DNA of 64,000 nt from a virus. Taxonomy: Duplodnaviria > Caudoviricetes. This document shows positions 17,653 through 29,594 of this stretch, one piece after another. The stretch is from positions 4,867-68,866 of IMG/VR virus record IMGVR_UViG_3300014205_000220; one strand, written 5' to 3'. Position 1 is the first letter of the stretch, and each line of letters begins with the position of its first letter. The notes below the pieces were generated by a model. The model saw only the letters and a program-made list of their open reading frames with translations, did not search any database and was not told where the DNA came from. Both the position numbers and the translations under genes were made by a program.

Positions 17653-18471
17653 TTATAAGTAATTAAATTTTCTGTTTGAATGTCTTTTGTGGTTTGGGTT
17701 TATATATGCTCTTTGAGTATCATAACTCATTTTTTTGATTTTGCAAGCGGTTTTTAAGCATTCAAAAATTTCTCCTGTTTCAATAAAAATACATTTCTTG
17801 GCTCTTGGATTATTTTCTCCTGACAACAGTTCGCTTTTTCCAAAAAAGAAGTTGTTTTCGCCTCTCCTTTTTTCTTTCCATTGTTCGCTTTTTAGTATTC
17901 CTTTTCCTCCTTCGCTAATTTTTCTCTTGTGTTCTTTGGAAAGTTTTTTGCCTTTATGTGCTATGCTTAATTTTTGCTTTTGTTCGTCAGACATCTTTTT
18001 GCCGTAATTAGCGTTGTTGATTCCTTTGTTCTTGTCTGATTTTAATAATGCTTCACTAATTTTATTTCTTGTTTCTTTCGTGTGAGTTTTGCCGTAGAAG
18101 TGATTTTCCTTACCAAATCTTTTTCCTTTGCCTTTACTGGCTTTGCTTAATTTCTCTCTATAAGCATCTGTTATTTCAAATCCGATACAACCCTCTCCTC
18201 CGTCGGTTAAATTACATAATATACCTGTTTTCAAGTTTATTCTGCCGTGCTTTTTTATTAATTTAATCTCTATTTTTTTAGCTTCTTCCCAAGAAATATT
18301 TGATTTATATATCTCAACATAAAAACCATATTTTTTAACAAGTCTTTTCCAAAAATCACTTCTTTTTCTGATATCGTTTGCTCTTGTGTATAAATCATCG
18401 TTTGACTTACTTATTCCTACGTAGAATAATTCATCATCTGATTTCTTTTTATGTAAATAAACGTAAGCCAT
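17653..18471 (-). CDS. Free-standing GIY-YIG homing endonuclease with NUMOD3 repeats
   Basis: YVYLH...FYVGIS, NLTDGGEG, repeated SEE.K.KIS / FYGKTHT motifs. Confidence 0.9.
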   Translation of the reverse strand: MAYVYLHKKKSDDELFYVGISKSNDDLYTRANDIRKRSDFWKRLVKKYGFYVEIYKSNISWEEAKKIEIKLIKKHGRINLKTGILCNLTDGGEGCIGFEITDAYREKLSKASKGKGKRFGKENHFYGKTHTKETRNKISEALLKSDKNKGINNANYGKKMSDEQKQKLSIAHKGKKLSKEHKRKISEGGKGILKSEQWKEKRRGENNFFFGKSELLSGENNPRAKKCIFIETGEIFECLKTACKIKKMSYDTQRAYINPNHKRHSNRKFNYL

Positions 18472-18473
18472 TA

Positions 18474-18743
18474 TTATAGTTCTCGTCTTTTAAGCATTGC
18501 CTCCGCCATTCGGTATGATTTGTCAGCTATTCTTTCAAATGCAGTTGGTAGGTCTTTGCCGTAAGATTTACTCATATATTCTGTGGCTTCTGGATTTGAA
18601 AATGTTCCTTGCATAGCCTTTGCAGCGAAGTAATCTCTTAATGTCATTCCGAACTCTTGCCTTTTAGCAAGTAATCCTACTGAATTATATTCTTCATATT
18701 CTAATGGAAATGCTTGCGAATCTTTTGGTTTATTTGATTCCAT
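18474..18743 (-). CDS. Conserved phage protein (QAFP...GMTLRDYFAAKAMQG family)
   Basis: Motif widespread in lambdoid phages. Confidence 0.75.
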   Translation of the reverse strand: MESNKPKDSQAFPLEYEEYNSVGLLAKRQEFGMTLRDYFAAKAMQGTFSNPEATEYMSKSYGKDLPTAFERIADKSYRMAEAMLKRREL

Positions 18744-18746
18744 AAT

Positions 18747-19207
18747 CTAATTTTTTTCTTGTTGTTTATAGTTTGTAAACGCTTCTAATTTCTGCGTAAA
18801 ATCTTCATCGGTACTGTTACCGTAGAACAAATGGTTAATCTTGTGCGGTTCGTTCTGATACTCTGGATATTTCCTTACAAAACAATCCAACACTTTCTTG
18901 ATGCCGAGTTCTATAAGTTTTGCCCTGCAAATCTCAACCCTCAATTTGAGTTCGTTCTTTTTTTCGACCTCTTTAATCTGTTTCAAATCCATAATTTCTC
19001 GTATAAGTTTCTTGCTGTGAATAAATAAAATATGCCGTTGGCGGTCTTAAAAAATGCTTTACTGTAATCTCCTAAAGATGTTTCGCTACGGTCTAAACAA
19101 TAATGAGCGAACCTCACAAGGTCTGAATCGGTATTACATAATAATAGACTTTCCTTGATGCCGTCATACTCTGGACGGTTGGGGATGTAAACTTGAAATT
19201 TTCTCAT
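18747..19207 (-). CDS. Two small hypothetical ORFs (18747-18992, 18983-19207)
   Basis: ORF track. Confidence 0.65.
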
Positions 19208-19218
19208 GGCTTTATGTG

Positions 19219-19968
19219 TTATTGTTTCTCTTTTTGTTTATGGTTTACAAACGCTTCCAATTGTTCTGTGAATTGTCTATCTGTTATGGCGCAATACCAA
19301 AGATTGTAAGCCCTTTTACATTTTTGATCTGTATCATAAGTATCCTTGTGATATAAAAGAAATTTTTCTAAAGGTTTTTTTATTTTCATTATCTTTAATT
19401 CATTTCTTAATTTTAGAACTTTTATTTTGTGTTCGTTTTTTACTTTTTCCTTATAATCTTTTAAAGACCTAGAGATTATTCTATTGCTTGATGGTTTGTG
19501 TGATTTATCAAAATCAATAGAATCTAATTTAAGGTGATATATTTTTTTACTTCCTTGTGTAGCTAAAATCAATCTTTCTTTTTGACTCCATTTGTACTCG
19601 AATAACATATAAGGCTTTCTAACCAACCTTTTGGTTGAAAGGTTTATTATTCCCGCAAAATCAGGTACAACTTCGTATGCTTTTTTTAGCATTTTTTCAG
19701 GAACTGCGTAATAAAAATATTTTATTTTACCAAAATAATTTTTAAACAAAACAGGGTCTTTAATCGAGATTATGTGATTTTTTTTAATTTCAGAAAGAAG
19801 GTCTGGCATAGATGTTTTTATTTCTACTACTTTTGCGTAATTTTTATTGGTTAATACCACTAAATCGCTTTCAAAATCAACTACTGGCTTATTTGCCCTT
19901 GGAACAACGAGGTTGTTTTTAAAATCAAAAAATTCAAACAATATTGTTTCTGCTGTAACTGTATTCAT
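19219..19968 (-). CDS. MmcB-like PD-(D/E)XK nuclease-fold protein with a C-terminal extension
   Basis: ESDLVVLT...VVEIKTS...YFYYAVP...GII pattern. Confidence 0.65.
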   Translation of the reverse strand: MNTVTAETILFEFFDFKNNLVVPRANKPVVDFESDLVVLTNKNYAKVVEIKTSMPDLLSEIKKNHIISIKDPVLFKNYFGKIKYFYYAVPEKMLKKAYEVVPDFAGIINLSTKRLVRKPYMLFEYKWSQKERLILATQGSKKIYHLKLDSIDFDKSHKPSSNRIISRSLKDYKEKVKNEHKIKVLKLRNELKIMKIKKPLEKFLLYHKDTYDTDQKCKRAYNLWYCAITDRQFTEQLEAFVNHKQKEKQ

Positions 19969-20062
19969 ATCATATATAATTTTAATTAGGCTAATTTATA
20001 AAAAATATTAATACTAAAGAAATAATTTACAATATATTTTTATTTAAAATAAATATCTTTTT

Positions 20063-23000
20063 TCAAACATTGATATATTTAGTGCAAAAGTCATAAAAGT
20101 CGTTGATTATTATCTGCCTATATTCCTCGCTCAATTCAACATCTGACTTAAAATTGTATAGGTTTCCGTCGGCATTGTCATAGACAATCATACATTTAGG
20201 TTTTATCTCTCTCCATACACGGAATTTAGAACCGCCCTCTATTGCCTTGAAACGGTAGCTGTTGAAGTCAGTCAATCTAAAGTGCATTTCTACGCTCGAA
20301 AACTCTATAACACGGCTCAAATCGTTCACTATGTTGTTAGAGTTGTCGAATAGGATTGCCAAAAGTTCTTCCGGAACGTTTGTGTTGATGGCTATCTCGT
20401 CCATGCTCAAACCTTTTTCAATGAACTTTTCTTTTGCAGCATCGAAAACATCTGTAAGCGTTGCCGATTTTATCTTTGTGAACTGTGTTATTTTCATAAG
20501 TTTTCCTTTAGCCAATCTTCTAAATTATCATCATCATAGGTATTCATACCTGCAAAATTATTTACAGCAGATGAAATTAATCTTTCAACTTCTTCTCTGT
20601 TCCAACTGTCTTTAATAGAATGAACAATAACACAGTTGTTAGAATCTACTTTTGCTTTAATTGTTTTCATAATTATCGTGATTTTAGATATTCGTTTAAC
20701 GTTGGTACTTTGTTTAGTTTTTTATAAAGCAAGATATAATCCTGCCAATTTTTAGTTTCTTTAAAGAACGCTCTCAAAAACTCGTTCTTTGTCATTGGCT
20801 GATAGCCTTTGTAGAACTCATAAGAGAAGGTATTAGACATTATAAACTTCCATAGGTCGTAGATGTCGTACGACTTGCGTATGTGTCCGTAATCAGTCTT
20901 TAACTTCCACATTACTTTTCTGTAAATTTAACCCAGTCATCGCAAATCTTCAATCTTTCCTTTAATTTTGCCGATTGCTTTTCAGAAGATTCAATTCGGT
21001 CTTTATAGACTGCTACACTACATTTCAAATCGTCAATCTTGTTTCCGTCAATTATTGTATTGACCATAAAAGCAAAGCTGATTGTGAATATTATAAGCAA
21101 TAGGTCGGTCTGTTTATCGTGATAGCTTCTCATAATTTCTCTTGTTTTTCAATGATGATGCTTTCGCATTTATAATAGTCATTTGCTTTTATGCGCTCTC
21201 CGAACCAATGGAAAAAGTTTTGTGACTTTCTTTCAAATCTGAATGTTGGTGTCTGTGTTGTCATAATATATCGTTTTTATGTTGTTCGTAATAATCGTAT
21301 GTTTCAAGTAAATCAACTGAACTAATCAATTTTCTGCGGTTGTCATCCCTCTTGATAAGGATGTTTGCAAGCTCAAAGAAGTTGTTGCTGTTCTTGATTT
21401 TCTGCAAGTATTTTTTTAGAAATACATTCCTATCGACGATGTTGGGTTTTGCTGTCCAATCAATAGTCCTAATCTTGGCGTTTCTGTTCTTTGTGATGAA
21501 CTCGAACATCTTTTTAAAGTCGTCGGTGCATATCATGGTTTCATTTGTAACATCTGTCAAAAGATAGTGCTGTCTTTTGTTGTCTGTGTCGTGTTTGGAT
21601 AATTTTCTCTTTGCCATTTCTGTCTTGTTAAATATCGTTCTACTATTGCGTTGAAATTGTCGGTTAGGTCAAGTTTTGGGGTCTTTGTTTTCATAAGTAA
21701 ATAAATAAAGTCAATTTACGTTCTGTGCATTAGCTACAATGCTCAAAAGAGTTAAAATAAATAGTGCTATGTATGATATGAAACATACTTTGTACGAGTA
21801 TTCTTTGTTGTTTTTCATGGTTTCTAATTGTTTAAGATTAATATTTTAGTAAAGTGCTTATCTTGTCCGTCGTAAAAGCGCACCAACTTTTCACGATATG
21901 TAAATCTCTGTTTTACCTCTGGCACGAAAACTTGCTTGCCGTTTTCATCTTCAAAGGATATATTTCGTTCTTTCAGTATGCCGAAGGTTGCGTAAATCAG
22001 TATATCAATATCTTCTTTTGTCCTTGACTTTGTAAATTCCCTGTCGTCCATTGCCTTGAAATTGTTTAGCAAGGTTTTAAAGATCGTGTCGTTGTCGAAG
22101 CTGTTGAGTATTGAAATTTGCTTATCTCGTAACTCTTGAAAGTTTTCGTTGCTGTTCGGTTTCATTCGTTATTTTTTTCGTAGTACTTTTTGTTGTATGC
22201 GTTCTTATCAAACGATTTGTCGCTTTCCCTGTTTACCTTTTGCATGGTCACTGGGTTGCAAGGTATTTCCCAAAATGGGAGGTTTTTTGTCTGTGTTTTC
22301 ATGGTCTTAAACGGTTTTTAAAAGTTGTTTTGCTCTGCTCATTCCCAAAATAAAATAATTCATATCGCTATATTTTAAAGTGGGTGAAATGGTGTGTTTT
22401 CCGTGTTGGATAAAAAATTTAGGTGTTGTTTTCCTTTTGTCGTAGGCTATGTATTGATACAATTTCAATTCCTTATTGCCTACACATGACAAATGATTTT
22501 CTAATGCTTGTTTTTGGTCTGTTGCGCTCATGGTTTTAGTGTTTTATTTAGTTAAAATCTTTTTGCTCTAATCCTAAAATACGATTTCTTAATTTCCATT
22601 TCATTTTATGATTTGCCCTATCTGACGCATAGCTTTTACAGTAGTGAAAATTACCTTTACAATAGTTTTGACATATAACAAAAGAAACTAATTCTTTTGA
22701 CGTACAATTTTCATCAATCATCTTATCAACTTCGGCTGCTAAACTTTCAGCTTTTAAATAGGATTGTCTTTCTTGTCTAACAAAATTAACTGCTCTTGTC
22801 AGGTTGCCTAGACTATCATCTTTTGTGTGGTGTGGCTTCATGTTTTTACTGTTTAAAAGTTAATAGTTTATCAAAGTAAAAGTTTTGGTTTTCAAATGAC
22901 TTTTTAGCTAATTGAGTAGTGAAAAAATTAATAGCTAAATGCCTTGTTTCATCGTCTGTAAGGACTTCTGTTATGCGGTGCTTATTAAGTGATGCATATT

Positions 23001-25582
23001 CAAATAATGCGCTCTTAAAACCGTTTGTAAAGGTTCTTAAATTTTCTTCTGCAACTTCTTTAAATACTTCCAGTTGCTTTGCTTTTTCTTCTTCGGTGTA
23101 ATTGTTCATCGTGTTATTATTTAAAGTTAGTACCCGCATTGCTTCGATGATACGACTTAATCGTGCGGGTGGTGGTTGCTATTAATCTAAAATTTTAGTC
23201 TGTTTTAATATATCCTATTATAGAATTTTCAATATCCTTAATACTATATATCAATCCGTTTTTGTTTTTTACTTCTTTTAGTCCTTCTCTTTTCATTAAG
23301 GCTAATGCTGTGGCTCTATATCCGATATTTTCATTATTTATAATATATCCTCCTGTTGGTGCATCTGTTTTGGTTTTCATGATTTTCTTAATTTAAAAAG
23401 TTAGTACGATTGTTAAAATATTCGGTTGCTTTTTCTAAATTGTTCATAGTGTTATAAGTTTTAAAGATTAGTATTAAATTAAATGCTTATTGAGTTAATT
23501 TGTATCGTGCTAAAATCATCTTCTTTCAAACCGATGTGTTTTAAAACATCGTCTTTTATTTTAGTGTTTAAAATAGAGTGTTGTTTTTCGGTTCTTTCGC
23601 AAGTGTTTAAAAATTTCATTCCTTCGCCTAAATCGAATAAAACAGAATAAGTAAATTTAACATTGCCGTTTTTTAGGTATCTGAATTTGTAAGTAAAAAA
23701 TATGTTTAACATGGCTTTTGTGTTTTTAAGATTAGTATTAAAATTAGTTCCCTCGTTAAATTTCGCTTTTATAAATTGCATCTATGCAAACGAGGGATTT
23801 AAAGTGTTAGTTAAAGAGTTCTAAAAAACGCTCCTTTGATCCGTGATAAGTTAGCGAACCACCGAAATAAGATTGTACATTTAACCCTGTTTTATTATCA
23901 AGAGTAAAAAAAGCGTATGTTTCAGGATTTTTAGCCTTTGAGTTTTCATCGACTTTTTTATATATGCAATTGAATGACAAAACATTTTTATCAATATTAA
24001 TCCATATATTTAAACCGTTTGAGGTTTCATATTTTAAAACTCCTTTGATATATTTATCGTTTGTTACATGTTTGTAATTTGATATACAAAGTAAAAACGG
24101 ACTATCTGTAAATACTGGATCTTTACCTGCAAATTTCAAAAAAGCGTTGTTTTTAGAAGGTTTAAACGCTTTGAGAATTTTTTTAATACCTCCTTTATCG
24201 CTTGCGTCAAAAGTTAGCCAATTTTCATCTATTGCGCTACATTTTAAGCCTGTTAATTCAGTGCCTAAAATTTCTAAATCTAATTTCTGAAGAGACTTAA
24301 TTTTTTTATCTTCGATCTCTTTTTTTCTGTTTTCAATTTCTAAAGTATTCATAAGATTATTTTTTTAAATTGTTAATTGATGTTTGTAAATTCGATAACT
24401 TCCGGTTCTAGTCTTTCAATTGCATTTTTGAGTTTATAAACTAACTCTTTAGCTTCTTTTATTTCGTTTTGGCTTAAATGGTTGCCGTTTAATAATTGGT
24501 TTACTAATTGTTCGGTTTTCATGGTTTCTAATTTTTAGTGTGTTATTATTTGTTTATTAAATTACTTCCAGTCGCTTGTGCATCTTTGAGACGTGTAAAC
24601 GTTCATCCCTGCGGTTCTGTATTCGCTTGCAAGGCGTTTTAATTCTTTGCTAAATTCTCTATAATTAGCGAAGTCTTTAACGTCTAATTGGTCAACTGTT
24701 TCAGTTCCGTGATTCGTTTTTAAATTAAAGTATCTCATAATTTCTAAATTTTAGTGTGTTATTAAATTAAACTTTGTTTTAAAATGCTCTTTCAAGCGTC
24801 AAAGGATTGTTAAAGATGTTAACGACTGCTAGTATTAAAGTTACTGCAATGAATGATAGGACTAATACAGTTACTAAATTAACTGCCTTGTTTTCCGTTC
24901 CTGTTAATGTGCTTAATGTTTTCATGGTTTTGTGTTTTATTTATTTAGTATTAATTGTTTGTTTGTACCATTTTTTATATTTATTTAATTCCTCGATACA
25001 CTTTAAATCAGTAATTAATCCCCTCATTAATTTAATCGGTGTTCTTTGGTTGTTTTGATTGTACCAACAGACTTCTATACTTGAATGATTTGAAACATTT
25101 GTGACGGAGGCATCAGATAATATTAAACACTTAAAAATATCTTTATGCTTTTCAATTAATTCTAAAAAATCTTTCTTTTTCATAGTCTTTTATTTTAACT
25201 CTTTTATTAAAAATATTGTTTTTCTGTTATTACTCCGTTTAAATAAGGTTTTACCGCTGTTACCAGGTAACGACCTTTTGAATCCTTTTTAGAAACTCTT
25301 ATACTATTAAATAACTGTACAGTCGTTTCAGTTGCTTGTGAGTTTCCTAAAATGTTTTGTAAAGAGATGAAGTTTTTCATGGTATATATTATTTGATTAA
25401 TTAAAAAAAGTAGATGCGATTAACATAGAAGTCGTGAATGCAATTATAAAACATATTACACCGGTTAATACTTCTTTAAGGTCTTTTGATATTTTTAATT
25501 TTGTTTTCATGGTATATATTATTTGATTGTTATTAATACTGTAAATATATAACCATATTTCAAATAAACAAGTAATTTTCAT
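20063..25582 (-). CDS. Early-region cluster of about 20 small hypothetical ORFs (host takeover/anti-defence candidates)
   Basis: Dense co-oriented ORFs of 45-180 aa with recurring AATAACAC/AAACCATG leaders, no recognisable domains. Confidence 0.6.
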
Positions 25583-26707
25583 CTTTTTTTTACTTGTTGT
25601 AACTTACATAATATCAACACGTTACAAAGATATTCAAAACTTTAACACTTTTTTGTTTTGATTTTAATGTAAAAATACGTCAGATTTTAATGCTGCTATT
25701 CAAATCATCGACGAAATACACTATCTATATCAGTACTTTAACTACTAATATCAATCATCTACATTAATACACGCATACGCACGTTATAAGGTACGATTCT
25801 ATAAATTCATTCATTCAATAGGATTTTGCTGCAAATTGTAGGGATTATTGGTTTTTTGGGTGGGTTTAAGCACAATCAACCCCCTTTACGTGCATTTCAT
25901 CGATTATTTCATCAAAAACCACGTTTTACCCTGCATTTCGTCCTGCAAATCGTGCATTTAGTCGAAAACGTATATTTTCAATCAAAACAGTAACCAATGG
26001 ATGATATATATAGGAGTGTTTTCCCTCACCGGAACGGTAAAACAGTAAGTAAGTGACACTATATATAAGTACAATATCTTCAACAGTCTTTAATATATAT
26101 AGTATAGTAAATTCTGTTTTACCCTCACGATTAACAGTCAACAAGATTAACAACAGCAAGTGAACAGCGAAGATAAAATAGTAGTGTAATTGGAAACATC
26201 TTCAGCCTGTATGTGAATCTCAAAAACATTTTGTGTATGGATCCGAAATGACACCCGCCTACGTTTGGGAATGTGGTTTTGCCTTGGGAATGTTGGGGAT
26301 AATTTTGTATAGCTAACCCCCAGTACCTAAACGAATAATATTTTTTAAAATATAAGCAGTACCCAACTGAATAGAGTTTTCAATTTTCAGAACATCATCC
26401 CTTAAATCTGAAAACCAATACGCATATAACACCGAATACGTACCGTGCATACTTTTAAAAACGTGTGTAATAAGCCGTGTGGATTGATTTGAGTGTGTTT
26501 TAAGCGTGTTTGAGTGTAAAGTGGATAGTTAGTATAGTTTGTGGATAGATAGTTGTTTAAAAGAGTTGTTTTAAACGCAGTACTCATTCGTTAAAATACT
26601 TGATAGAATAATGGCTGTTACTACTAAATAGTTTAAGGAATGAGTACTATTGGTAAAATTAGGATAGTACATTTATTTATTTTATATTTGTACTATAAAT
26701 AAAAAGT
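25583..26707. other. ~1.1-kb non-coding divergent control region (candidate genome terminus, pac site or origin)
   Basis: No credible ORF; genes diverge on both sides; TATCTTTG (minus, 25625-25632) and TATATTTG (plus, 26683-26690) promoter motifs. Confidence 0.5.
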
Positions 26708-27568
26708 ATGTTATTAGACAGCAGGGTAAAGGTTTACGGTAAAGATGTATTCAGACCTAAATTGAGTATTGTAGATGTTAAACGTGGCAATGGGGTATTG
26801 GTAGATGTATTTTCCTCAAACGATGAATTGAGTAAGGATGGTGTAAACTTCTCTGAAAAAGCATTGACTTTCGTTGACGAGCCAATAGTGATACCTAATT
26901 CAAGTTATCTATACTATACAAGGTTGAGAACTGTTGATGATGTTATTCTTGAAAGGCTTGTAAGTGATTTGATGTTCTACAATCCAAATATTGGGGAAGT
27001 GGGAATATCTAAAATGGTTTCTTGGATTGTGAGTTATTTTGTTGGCTGTGATAAAGAGAATAGAAAACTTATAACTCACGAACAACTGTTGCCGAGGGTG
27101 TCTGAATTGTGTGATAAATATCACGGTGGCGATATAGATATTATACAGAACAATAGGGTCATACTTTACAGTCTTGAAAGCATGCTTACAAAGCACGATA
27201 AGCAATGGTACAGTAACTATTATCGAAGCAAAAGGATAAGCAACATAAGAGCTGAATTGATTCACGAGGGAGCTTTAATAGCTTCAAAAAATCTTCACAA
27301 GTATTTAAAGATAACAAAGCCACGTGTAGTTGATTTTACAAAAGACACAAATAGTGTTATGGTTATGAATAGGTACATATCGGAAAAGACAGTTCAGTTT
27401 TTGGAGGATGAAAACAACCGTAGGTATTTTAAAAGTGATGAAACGATTCGCAAATATATCATATTCACTGAAAGTTACGATAAGAACAAGCCACTTGATT
27501 TTTATACTGAACAATTGAACATAAGCAAGAGTACTGCCGTGGAATTTAAAAAACTATTAAACAAATAA
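26708..27568 (+). CDS. Hypothetical protein with a possible C-terminal HTH
   Basis: 286 aa; ends TEQLNISKSTAVEFKK. Confidence 0.6.
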   Translation: MLLDSRVKVYGKDVFRPKLSIVDVKRGNGVLVDVFSSNDELSKDGVNFSEKALTFVDEPIVIPNSSYLYYTRLRTVDDVILERLVSDLMFYNPNIGEVGISKMVSWIVSYFVGCDKENRKLITHEQLLPRVSELCDKYHGGDIDIIQNNRVILYSLESMLTKHDKQWYSNYYRSKRISNIRAELIHEGALIASKNLHKYLKITKPRVVDFTKDTNSVMVMNRYISEKTVQFLEDENNRRYFKSDETIRKYIIFTESYDKNKPLDFYTEQLNISKSTAVEFKKLLNK

Positions 27569-27572
27569 AATT

Positions 27573-28145
27573 ATGGTTTACACTTATTTAATGACAGATG
27601 GATTTAACTATAAAATAGGGAAAAGTAAAGACCCTTTTAAAAGGTTGGTTCAGTTAAGAACTGCAAATATAAATCTATTCCTTCTTTGTTGTGGAGTTGG
27701 AATATCTGAAAAACAGTTGCATATAAACTATGCCGATAAAAATATAAAGTTAGAATGGTATTCTTTAGACCAGAATGAAGTTGATAAAATAATAGATTTG
27801 ATATTCGATGATGAATTTGGTTGGTCGTATTTTAAAAGCAACAATGTTTATTTTACTTTTAGAACGCAGAAATTAAATGCTAATGGATTGATGTCAGATG
27901 GTTGTTTTGCTTTCCTTAACAAAGTAATAAACCGAAACGGGCATAACCCTTATAAATACAACGGAGCAGTCATAGAACATAAATTGCCATATTTCAAGGA
28001 AAGATACGGAAAGACAACATTCTTTAAGTACAAAAAAGAACTCTTGGACTTAAATATAATAATTGATTACGGAAAAAACTACTATGTTTTCAATCCTAAA
28101 TATCTTAATACAATCAGTCGTGTTAGAAAACTATTGAACGAATAA
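27573..28145 (+). CDS. T5orf172/GIY-YIG domain fused to a RepL-like wHTH
   Basis: YTYLMTDGFNYKIGKSKDPFKRL...EKQLH...EWY, then KTTFFKYKKELLD...YVFNP. Confidence 0.7.
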   Translation: MVYTYLMTDGFNYKIGKSKDPFKRLVQLRTANINLFLLCCGVGISEKQLHINYADKNIKLEWYSLDQNEVDKIIDLIFDDEFGWSYFKSNNVYFTFRTQKLNANGLMSDGCFAFLNKVINRNGHNPYKYNGAVIEHKLPYFKERYGKTTFFKYKKELLDLNIIIDYGKNYYVFNPKYLNTISRVRKLLNE

Positions 28146-28182
28146 ACACTCAACAATAAACAACACTTAAAAAACAGAAATA

Positions 28183-28657
28183 ATGGGAACACTTACAAAT
28201 GATTTATTAAATGCTCAAAAAATTAACGATTGGTTTTCTGGACTATCGAATAAGCGAAGGGATGAATTGTGCGATGAATATGAATTTCCAAAATACAGTA
28301 GCGGAAATTTGCATAACTGGATGGTTAAACATATTTATCAAAACGAAGTATTATGATGTACGGAGGAAAAAACTCAATAAGCGGTGGTACTTGGATATTT
28401 TTAGGTATCTGCCTTATAATTGGAATCATAGCAATTATAGCTTGGATAATCAAAGGTATTGTTTGGTTAGTAAACCATATTAATTTTACATAGACATGGA
28501 ATCAGAAAAGGTATGGATAAGCGCAAAGGTAAAGTGTGATTTATGCAATTACGAATGGATTGCGGTTTATCATAAGGATTCCGAGAAACTTGAATGTGAT
28601 GACTGTGAAAATGTTTCTTATTTTGAAGTAGTAGAGATAATTAAAAAACAGAAATAA
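28183..28657 (+). CDS. Three small ORFs missing from the track: 28183-28356 (57 aa), 28353-28493 (46 aa, membrane), 28496-28657 (53 aa, CxxC..CxxC)
   Basis: Manual translation; overlapping stop/start junctions indicate translational coupling. Confidence 0.65.
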
Positions 28658-29304
28658 TGGAAGAACTATTCAACAAATGGCTTAAAAGCCTTGACACATC
28701 AACAAATGTTATCGAGCATCTGAAAACACAAAAGAATTTTCATATTGAATTTATTAAGTATGCAGTAGGACACCACGCATTTGCAGATACCGACTTATTG
28801 AACCATATCAAACCTTTGCTGAATGAAATAAGATACGCATCAGATAAGATTGATATGATTATGGGAATCGATAGGAAACGTGAAGGTATAGACTTGAACA
28901 ACATAAAGGGCATGGTATTGAATACAGGAGACAAACTTACTCTCGAACAATATACATCATTAGTTAGAGCAGATGGGTTTGATTTTACAGAAGACGAAAT
29001 ATCAAAAGAGTTTAAACCCAAAGAATCATATCCAAGCCCTTTGGGGATATATGAAGATTTAAATAAACTTATTTGGTTCAAAGATTCAAGAAAAAGGCAA
29101 GAAGCTATCGATAAATTTGTAGAGCATATCGAAAATGAAAACCAATGGATTGAAACAGAATATGCTCTGCCACCAAAGGACAAAACAATCATAATACCTT
29201 GTCTGAAATACAATGTAAAACAGAATGTTGAATCTGAAACTGAATGTATCTACAACGATGAAATATGGAAGACACTAAATCCTATAAAGTGGAAACACGT
29301 TTAA
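28657..29304 (+). CDS. Hypothetical protein
   Basis: ORF track, coupled to the previous ORF. Confidence 0.65.
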   Translation: MEELFNKWLKSLDTSTNVIEHLKTQKNFHIEFIKYAVGHHAFADTDLLNHIKPLLNEIRYASDKIDMIMGIDRKREGIDLNNIKGMVLNTGDKLTLEQYTSLVRADGFDFTEDEISKEFKPKESYPSPLGIYEDLNKLIWFKDSRKRQEAIDKFVEHIENENQWIETEYALPPKDKTIIIPCLKYNVKQNVESETECIYNDEIWKTLNPIKWKHV

Positions 29305-29308
29305 CAAA

Positions 29309-29337
29309 AAAGACCGTTACTCTATGTAGCGGTCTTT
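29309..29337. terminator. Bidirectional terminator at the convergence of the two transcription blocks
   Basis: aaagaccgttac-tctat-gtagcggtcttt. Confidence 0.7.
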
Positions 29338-29594
29338 AAATATTCCTTAAATGATTCCTTGAAGTGTTCTTCTCCATACTCGTCGAAATGAATGAAACGA
29401 TCCGTTCTAATAGCATAGCCGTCTATATCGTAGTACTTGTCTCCAATCTTGGTTATGATGTGGTCTGAATTGTAATACCCCTCTCCACCGAATACCGACT
29501 TTAAAAGCAAGTGGAACTTGTAACAACCTCCGGAATAAGGTTTGTATCTTCCAAAGGTGTTGTTACATAGGTTTATGAAGTCTATTGGGTTCAT
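29322..29594 (-). CDS. Conserved phage hypothetical protein (GGCYKF...YYNSDHIITKIGDKYYDIDG)
   Basis: ORF track. Confidence 0.7.
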   Translation of the reverse strand: MNPIDFINLCNNTFGRYKPYSGGCYKFHLLLKSVFGGEGYYNSDHIITKIGDKYYDIDGYAIRTDRFIHFDEYGEEHFKESFKEYLKTAT

